A DNA stretch of 64,000 nt from Eukaryota sp. GEM-RC1 (taxonomy: Eukaryota), in assembly GCA_040285855.1 (NCBI GenBank), contig JAUFOQ010000003.1, positions 1,116,001 through 1,180,000 on the forward strand, given 5' to 3'. Below the pieces are notes generated by a model, which was given only the letters and a program-made list of their open reading frames with translations, was not told where the DNA came from and made no database searches. This document shows, one piece after another, positions 55,401 through 64,000 of this stretch (within the stretch, counting starts at the first letter, position 1; each line of letters opens with the position of its first letter). The position numbers and the translations under genes were made by a program.

Positions 55401-58400
55401 TTGTTTCACCCACTGCAATTGGTCTAACACCACCATTTGGTTTGTTTAAAGCCCCTAATCTAGAAGAGCAAAGAGCATGAGGTAATTTCTTTGTGCCTAA
55501 TAAAACTTCATTAAAGAAAACAGCAAGATCTTCACAAATTTCAGGAACATCATTAACGGTTTTTTTAAAATGATCAAAACTCATACCAGAAGGATCTGCA
55601 GCACGACCAGAAGGGGATGACGAAATTAATTGTATTATTTCCATCAATTAAAACAGGCAACATGCAAAAGAACTTGCTGAAAGCAGAAGAATTTCAAACA
55701 AGACTTCAACTTATGTGATTTAATATTTATTTTAGCAACTTCCGTCGAAGTTGACACATTGTTTTCTCGTGCGACACTTTGAACGTCACCTTTGGCTCCA
55801 CTACAACAGCAATCTTTGGAACATAGACACTATCAGAACTGCCTGTGTATCACATTGGAGTGTAGAAGATGAGTAACATTTTTTAGATAGTTTTTACTTA
55901 ATGAGTTTTATAAACTGATATTGCAATATTGACCAATATACTGGATCCAATACAGTACTGATTGGTAAGTCACATTCAATAACAATTTATTGCCAATTCA
56001 ACATACGGCATCCCTGTATACATGTATAGTTTAGCAATTACGTTTACATTCAATGAAGATGTATAGAACAAGATCAGAAGTGACAGGTCTTCAATGGTAG
56101 TTAATGAACCCTCCAATTCTGAATGAATTTTCTCATCATTTCCCAAAAATGTGCCAAGGAGACGAAAACATTGAGTACATCGAGTAGAATAATCGATGAT
56201 AGGAATATTACAAAAACCAAGATTAGAAACATTCGAAAACTTAACAACAAGAAAACACTTATCAAAATTAATTGCTAAACCAATACTCAAAGAAAGTTCA
56301 ATGAAACGTGAAAAACACTTTTTGAGAACGTCAACTGGAGCGATCAGCGAAGAATCATCAGCAAAAGCACAAATTTTAACAGTTGGAAATTTTAATTGTC
56401 AGATTTTAAATAATTTTTTCAGAGCCAGACAAAACAAAAAAGGACCCAAAGGATCACATTGCTTAACCCCTCTAGTAGATTTAATATCAAAATTGTCAAA
56501 AATTAAATTCGACGCTTTACCATAAACAAGATTGAAATAGGAAATCAACTGAGGAAAAAATTCAGAAAGTTCGTCAGATATAGGTGATCTTAAAACACAA
56601 TTAAATACATTTTTAAAATCAATGCTTAAAGTGACATTTTCCTCATTTGAATAAAAAAGAAAATCAGAGGTTAAAGCAGCACACGTAGTACCATCAGGAA
56701 CTCCAACTGCAAATTCAAACGGTCTAAAGAATTCAACAGAGGAATCTCTGACTCTCCTAAAACACATAGTTGAAAAAATACGAGAAATTGTTTCACCCAC
56801 TGCAATTGGTCTAACACCACCATTTGGTTTGTTTAAAGCCCCTAATCTAGAAGAGCAAAAAGCATGAGGTAATTTCTTTGTGCCTAATAAAACTTCATTA
56901 AAGAAAACAGCAAGATCTTCACAAATTTCAGGAACATCATTAACGGTTTTTTTAAAATGATCAAAACTCATACCAGAAGGACCTGCAGCACGACCAGAAG
57001 GGGATGACGAAATTAATTGTATTATTGCCATCAACTAAAACAGGCAACATGCAAAAGAACTTGCTGAAAGCAGAAGAATTTCAAACAAGACTTCAACTAT
57101 GCGATTTAACATTTATTTTAGCAACTTCCGTCGAAGTTGACACATTGTTTTCTCGTGTGACACTTTGAACGTCACCTTTGGCTCCACTACAACAGCAATC
57201 TTTGGAACATAGACACTATCAGAACTGCCTGTGTATCACATTGGAGTGTAGAAGATGAGGAACATTTTTTAGATAGTTTTTACTTAATGAGTTTTATAAA
57301 CTGATATTGCAATATTGACCAATATACTGGATCCAATACAGTACTGATTGGTAAGTCACATTCAATAACAATTTATTGCCAATTCAACATACGGCATCCC
57401 TGTATACATGTATAGTTTAGCAATTACGTTTACATTCAATGAAGATGTATAGAACAAGATCAGAAGTGACAGGTCTTCAATGGTAGTTAATGAACCCTCC
57501 AATTCTGAATGAATTTTCTCATCATTTCCCAAAAATGTGCCAAGGAGACGAAAACATTGAGTACATCGAGTAGAATAATCGATGATAGGAATATTACAAA
57601 AACCAAGATTAGAAACATTCGAAAACTTAACAACAAGAAAACACTTATCAAAATTAATTGCTAAACCAATACTCAAAGAAAGTTCAATGAAACGTGAAAA
57701 ACACTTTTTGAGAACGTCAACTGGAGCGATCAGCGAAGAATCATCAGCATAAGCACAAATTTTAACAGTTGGAAATTTTAATTGTCAGATTTTAAATAAT
57801 TTTTCAGAGCCAGACGAAACAAAAAGGACCCAAAGGATCACATTGCTTAACCCCTCTAGTAGATTAAATATCAAAATTGTCAAAAATTAAATTCGATACT
57901 TTACCATAAACAAAATTGAAATAGGAAATCAACTGAGGAAAAAATTCAGAAAGTTCGTCAGATATAGGTGATCTTAAAACACAATTAAATACATTTTTAA
58001 AGTCAATGCTTAAAGTGACATTTTCCTCATTTGAATAAAAAAGAAAATCAGAGGTTAAAGCAGCACACGTAGTACCATCAGGAACTCCAACTGCAAATTC
58101 AAACGGTCTAAAGAATTCAACAGAGGAATCTCTGACTCTCCTAAAACACATAGTTGAAAAAATACGAGAAATTGTTTCACCCACTGCAATTGGTCTAACA
58201 CCACCATTTGGTTTGTTTAAAGCCCCTAATCTAGAAGAGCAAAGAGCATGAGGTAATTTCTTTGTGCCTAATAAAACTTCATTAAAGAAAACAGCAAGAT
58301 CTTCACAAATTTCAGGAACATCATTAACGGTTTTTTAAAATGATCAAAACTCATACCAGAAGGACCTGCAGCACGACCAGAAGGGGATGACGAAATTAAT

Positions 58401-60248
58401 TGTATTATTTCCATCAACTAAAACAGGCAACATGCAAAAGAACTTGCTGAAAGCAGAAGAATTTCAAACAAGACTTCAATCTATGTGATTTAATATTTAT
58501 TTTAGCAACTTCTGTCGAAGTTGACACATTGTTTTCTCGTGTGACACTTTGAACGTCACCTTTGGCTCCACTACAACAGCAATCTTTGGAACATAGACAC
58601 TATCAGAACTGCCTGTGTATCACATTGGAGTGTAGAAGATGAGGAACATTTTTTAAATAGTTTTTACTTAATGAGTTTTATAAACTGATATTGCAATATT
58701 GACCAATATACTGGATCCAATACAGTACTGATTGGTAAGTCACATTCCGATAACAATTTATTGCCAATTCAACATACGGCATCCCTGTATACATGTATAG
58801 TTTAGCAATTACGTTTACATTCAATGAAGATGTATAGAACAAGATCAGAAGTGACAGGTCTTCAATGGTAGTTAATGAACCCTCCAATTCTGAATGAATT
58901 TTCTCATCATTTCCCAAAAATGTGCCAAGGAGACGAAAACATTGAGTACATCGAGTAGAATAATCGATGATAGGAATATTACAAAAACCAAGATTAGAAA
59001 CATTCGAAAACTTAACAACAAGAAAACACTTATCAAAATTAATTGCTGAACCAATACTCAAAGAAAGTTCAATGAAACGTGAAAAACACTTTTTGAGAAC
59101 GTCAACTGGAGCGATCAGCGAAGAATCATCAGCAAAAGCACAAATTTTAACAGTTGGAAATTTTAATTGTCAGATTTTAAATAATTTTTTCAGAGCCAGA
59201 CAAAACAAAAAAGGACCCAAAGGATCACATTGCTTAACCCCTCTAGTAGATTTAATATCAAAATTGTCAAAAATTAAATTCGACGCTTTACCATAAACAA
59301 GATTGAAATAGGAAATCAACTGAGGAAAAAATTCAGAAAGTTCGTCAGATATAGGTGATCTTAAAACACAATTAAATACATTTTTAAAATCAATGCTTAA
59401 AGTGACATTTTCCTCATTTGAATAAAAAAGAAAATCAGAGGTTAAAGCAGCACACGTAGTACCATCAGGAACTCCAACTGCAAATTCAAACGGTCTAAAG
59501 AATTCAACAGAGGAATCTCTGACTCTCCAAAAACACATAGTTGAAAAAATACGAGAAATTGTTTCACCCACTGCAATTGGTCTAACACCACCATTTGGTT
59601 TGTTTAAAGCCCCTAATCTAGAAGAGCAAAGAGCATGAGGTAATTTCTTTGTGCCTAATAAAACTTCATTAAAGAAAACAGCAAGATCTTCACAAATTTC
59701 AGGAACATCATTAACGGTTTTTTTAAGATGATCAAAACTCATACCAGAAGGACCTGCAGCACGACCAGAAGGGGATGACGAAATTAATTGTATTATTTCC
59801 ATCAACTAAAAGAGGCAACATGCAAAAGAACTTGCTGAAAGCAGAAGAATTTCAAACAAGACTTCAATCTATGTGATTTAATATTTATTTTAGCAACTTC
59901 CGTCGAAGTTGACACATTGTTTTCTCGTGCGACACTTTGAACGTCACCTTTGGCTCCACTACAACAGCAATCTTTGGAACATAGACACTATCAGAACTGC
60001 TTGTGTATCACATTGGAGTGTAGAAGATGAGGAACATTTTTTAGATAGTTTTTACTTAATGAGTTTTATAAACTGATATTGCAATATTGACCAATATACT
60101 GGATCCAATACAGTACTGATTGGTAAGTCACATTCCAATAACAATTTATTGCCAATTCAACATACGGCATCCCTGTATACATGTATAGTTTAGCAATTAC
60201 GTTTACATTCAATGAAGATGTATAGAACAAGATCAGAAGTGACAGGTC
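30492..60248. repeat. Macro-satellite of 21 x ~1387-bp units, each ~950 bp of RT core (minus) plus ~440 bp of hAT transposase 3' end and UTR (plus)
   Basis: RT ORF starts recur at 31437, 32824, 34211, 35598, 36986, 38374, 39762, 41150, 42528, 43916, 45932, 47319, 48706, ~50095, 51484, 52869, 54258, 55647, 57034, ~58418 and 59805. The unit junction is GACAGGTC|TTCAATGG. Confidence 0.97.
44428..45043 (+). mobile_element. 616-bp 5'-truncated RLE retroelement 3' end inserted into satellite unit 11
   Basis: 12-bp TSD AAAATGTGCCAA at 44416-44427 and 45044-45055. Encodes KIESFVEPLLRSL...GKRRADVIVP...VVDVITVDVCKK...FWLNRIVFTI. AATAAA lies near the 3' end. Confidence 0.92.
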
Positions 60249-60313
60249 AAAGGTCAGGCAAAGGTCATCAAATGAATTGACCTGTCCTTTGACCTATGAC
60301 CTTGAACAACCTA
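59810..60313 (+). mobile_element. 3' end of a decayed hAT element: transposase C-terminus, UTR, AGGTCA subterminal repeats and probable terminus
   Basis: DLxFILATSVEVDTLFSR (decayed ATSxxxERLFS) and WLHYNSNLWNIDT. Beyond the array end are AGGTCA/TGACCT repeats and ...GAACAACCTA, whose reverse complement TAGGTTGTTC resembles the TAG-starting hAT TIRs in this window. No left end was found. Confidence 0.65.
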
Positions 60314-60980
60314 GTGGTTTTCGTCATTTATTTTAGTGTCATTATTGTATTCATCTACTTTCAGTTGTTCATGATGGTGTGGAACTGTTTTAAAAACAGT
60401 AAAAGCGATGCGATTCAATCAATGCGTATGGTCAAACCGTTTGTTATTCCTGTCTTTTACGACTTTTCCAAAATATTAAAAAAATTCAATGCACATTTTC
60501 CTAAGTGGAAATAGATTGGTTCAACAAAGGGCATATGTACTTCGTATTCAACATGTTTTAAAGCCATATAATATTCGTCAAGTCATTTAACTCGCGTTGA
60601 CTTGAGGTCGTATAGGATTTGGTGAAGTCGACTTAGACTCGAGTCGACATAAATTATGTAATTAATGGTTCATAAACTAAATGATCCACAGTGAGAAGAA
60701 TCTATAATTTAGATACATTGTTTGAGTACCTCGTGTTTACACTATATAATGTTGTTCAGTGCTTCATCGATTGATGTCGAAATGTTTGTTCAACAAGGAA
60801 ACAAGCACAACCGAGTGTCTTAATGTGATCCGGAAAGCATTTTAGTACGAAGTCCGTTAGTACTACAGATTCAACAGAAGTTCGTCTGCCCTGAATGAAT
60901 CTAGTTTATGGATAATTCATCTGCTATTCAGAAAGGTGTACTTGATGTTGTTTAATGATATAAATACCATAGTTTGCAAA

Positions 60981-61658
60981 ATGACAAGAAGTGACTACAT
61001 ACATTCTAGAACAAGTTTTTGGACTTGTATCGTTAACTTGTGTCTGAGATCTATTGAATGTGATTGTATTCAGCAAGTGTGGGATCAATGAGTTCCGTTA
61101 GAAACTCTTCTATTGAAGTACCTTCCAGGGTCTGTTGATGTAAGGGTAACGACATTTCGGAAGAACTATTAAGTATCAAATCACGCGGCAGAATTTCAGT
61201 TCAAGTTCGACACATATTATTTGATATTGGGATGTATTCGTACAACTAGAACAAACATGAATGGACTTACCACCCCAGAGAATGGAATATCGAACTGCAG
61301 ACCAAACTTCAGAGAATAGAATATCAGACTACATAGCAGACGCTGAAGAGATGAATGGAGTACAGACCAAACTTCAGAGTTTGCCTTCTTGATCTGGTAT
61401 TTTGCTTATCACTACTTCTGAAGCATGTACATACATACTAGATAGATCCAAATTTGTGTCCCACAGGATGTCAAAGCTGTAACCCATAGGTAGAAAGAGT
61501 TGGGGAAAGAGGGTGGGGAATTTGCTACAGTGGAATTTGGCTAGGTACAGAGCGCCACTAGCAGCATTTGATATCCATCTAAAATGAAATTAGTTGGGAA
61601 CGATTAGGAATCTGTCTTTCAAACAGTTGCCATTTTCTATCTTGCACGTCTTGCACCC
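60981..61658. promoter_or_regulatory. Upstream region of paralog B, homologous to 18396-18660 but with a ~410-bp insertion (61187-61598)
   Basis: Homology to the left copy breaks after TCACGC (61186) and resumes at AACGATTAGGAAT (61599). The insertion holds two copies of CAGACCAAACTTCAGAG. Confidence 0.5.
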
Positions 61659-64000
61659 ATGATAGAATTCTTCTGTGTCGTATTGTTACTTCTGGTTAGC
61701 GAGATCTTTACAAAGAGTATGTCCTTACTTACGTCATCTAATCTCAGCAACTTCTTTCTCTCCCTCTGGTTGCAGCGGAGAATGGGGAGATTCTGCTTGC
61801 TGGTCAAATGGCGTCCCCGCGGACCACGACAGCGTTCTACTTACCTCGTGTTCTCCTTCTTCGGTGACCGTTTCGTCTGATATCTTCTATTTGGAGCTCG
61901 CTTCTCTTCAGATAGGTTCTGAATCGTGCGCTTTCGATTTCAATCTCGGCCCTGCGTTTCTTGACGTTACCGATCTACACTACTATGGAGGTTCTTTTAC
62001 CGGATCAGCGGGAGTGACCTCTGACAACTTCATCGTTTCCTCCGCCCTACCTAAAGTGATCGCAACTCCTTTGATTGCTGCCACCTCTACTGTGTTCTCT
62101 CATTCCTCCTCCTCTCCAGCAGTGGTCTTCTTCAAGAATGATGGCTCCTTAAGTGCTTCCGGAACAGTAACTGTTGATTCCTCGATAATCTTTCGCTACG
62201 CTGATGATCATAACTATCAAGCCCAATCCCAGCCTCACTTCACTTCACAAGCTGAGATAAACATTGAGAACGACTCAGATTTTCTCATTGAAATTCCCTT
62301 CTCAAACCAGGATGAAGTGCATATCAACTCTGGTCTTCTCAAGATATCTAAAGCTGCCGCGTTATCAGCCAATTTCATGATCACTGGAACCTTAATCATT
62401 GATTCAGATGCTGAGTTTGGTCAAGGGGCTGCTCTTGAAGGCTCAGGAACATTCATCATTACTGCAAACAAAAAAGTTGATGTCAGAGGTTTGTTCGCTT
62501 TTGATGGTGATCTTGATCTCTTGTCCAGTGCTTCACTAGATTTCCACAGTACCTCTCGAACTCGATACTTCTACCCAAAGTTTTCTGAATGTGGTGCCAC
62601 TGTTACTTGGTTATCGGATAGTAAACTTCTTTTTCTCGGTCTTTCAATCAAGGATTCTTGTAATTCTTTTTATTATTAAAGCTGGAGCTGAATGGGATCC
62701 AATGACTAATTTTAATTCTTTTATTTCTTTATCTGGAACTTCTTTGTTCCACTTTGAAGCAGGCAGCGAGGATGTTAATCTTCACGTTATTGAACTGTTT
62801 GATCAATCAAAATTGATTATGGATCGCTATAGTAGTGTCGAGCATTTCACTTTTTATGGTGGTTACCTTGAAGGTGCTAGTATTATTATGTTTCCCAATC
62901 ACTTCAATTTCACTTCCTCTGCTTACAAAGAACTTTCTGCTCCTATTGTTAACGATGGCTTCATGTATTTCGATCGTTCTTTTGGTACCATTTCTGTACA
63001 TTTCAAAGGTTCTGGTTCTATTTCAAATGCTGGAGATCTTATTGCTTTTTCTAACACAATCCTTCGATATTCTTCCGCCCACAACCATAATGGTCAAGAA
63101 CAACCCTTTTTATCCAATCAAGGTGACCTTATTGTTGAAAACAGTGGTGATCTCAGTATTGAAATTCCCTTTACTAACGCTGAAACTGTTCTTGTTAATT
63201 CTGGTTCTCTTAAGTTTTCTAATCCAACTCAATTGATGGGTAATTTCAACGTTACTGACACTCTCATTGTCGATTCAGATGCAGAGTTTGGTCGTGGCGT
63301 TTTACTCACAGGTAATGGTACTTTAGTTATCAGTCGTAATCGAAAGGTTGACTTTGATGGTAATTATGTGTTTGAAGGCGGTTTAGATGTCAGAAACGGA
63401 GCTTCTTTTAACTTTCTTTCATATTCCACTACACGTTTCTTCAATCCCAAGTTCGCAGAATGTGGTGCTACTGTTACCTGGATTTTTGATAGTACTTTGT
63501 CCCTGAGAGATTTTATTCTCAAGGATTCTTGTAATTCTTTTATTATTAAAGCTGGAGCTGTGTGGACTCCAATGACTCATTTTAATTCTTTTATTTCTTT
63601 ATCTGGAACTTCTTTATTCCACTTTGGAAGCAGGTAGCGAGGAGGTTAATCTTCACGTTATTGAGCCGTTTGGTCAATCAAAATTGATTATGGATCGCTA
63701 TAGTAGTGTCGAGCATTTCACTTTTTATGGTGGTTACCTTGAAGGTGCTAGTTACATCATTTTTCCTAATAACTTCAATTTTACTTCCTCTGCTTACAAA
63801 GAACTTTCTGCTCCAATTGTTAACAATGGTTTCATGTATTTCGACCGATCTTCTGGTACTATTCCTGTACATTTCAAAGGTTCTGGATCTATTGCCAATT
63901 CTGGAGATCTTATTGCTCTGTCTAACGCAAACCTTCGATATTCTTCCTCCCACAATCATAATGGTCAACAACAACCCTTTTTATCCAATCAAGGTGATCT
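61659..64000 (+). CDS. Giant secreted beta-rich repeat protein (paralog B), N-terminal part, running off the right edge
   Basis: Nearly identical to the reverse complement of 18395 to ~16060: MIEFFCVVLLLLVSEIFTK, the same intron and the same 290-aa repeats. Frameshifts at ~62670 (T run) and ~63626 (extra G). Confidence 0.82.
61717..61747 (+). other. 31-nt spliceosomal intron in paralog B
   Basis: GTATGTCCTTACTTACGTCATCTAATCTCAG, identical to the paralog A intron; splicing restores the frame. Confidence 0.85.

Noticed and set aside
30492..60248. Retron, diversity-generating retroelement, CRISPR-RT or other prokaryotic RT system
   Set aside because: The RT motifs and downstream CCHC/RLE are of the eukaryotic CRE type. 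No template/variable repeat pair, cas genes or unique spacers were seen.
61501..61520. G-rich tract GGGGAAAGAGGGTGGGG as a G-quadruplex
   Set aside because: Only three G-runs of three or more; not sufficient evidence.

Overview
Eukaryotic, AT-rich DNA, most likely from a protist. The evidence is a 31-nt GTATGT...CTAATCTCAG spliceosomal intron, hAT transposons and CRE-clade non-LTR retroelements. Two near-identical giant secreted beta-rich repeat protein genes point away from each other at the window ends: a minus-strand gene at 18395 to <1 (over 6,000 aa once eight single-base frameshifts are bridged) and a plus-strand paralog at 61659 to >64000. The ~43 kb between them is almost all transposon-derived. 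It holds 5'-truncated RLE-type retroelement ends, a decayed hAT, and a non-autonomous hAT (8-bp TSD) with a triplicated transposase C-terminus. It also holds a foldback element with ~690-bp inverted arms carrying a BspA-type LRR fragment and about 11.5 x 231-bp repeats. A near-intact 2.5-kb hAT is nested in one arm. The largest feature is a ~29.8-kb satellite of 21 x ~1387-bp chimeric units (reverse transcriptase core on minus plus hAT transposase 3' end on plus), with two haplotypes, a higher-order duplication and a later retroelement insertion with a 12-bp TSD. All family calls come from motifs recognised by eye; no searches were run. Many frameshifts lie in homopolymers and may be long-read assembly errors.
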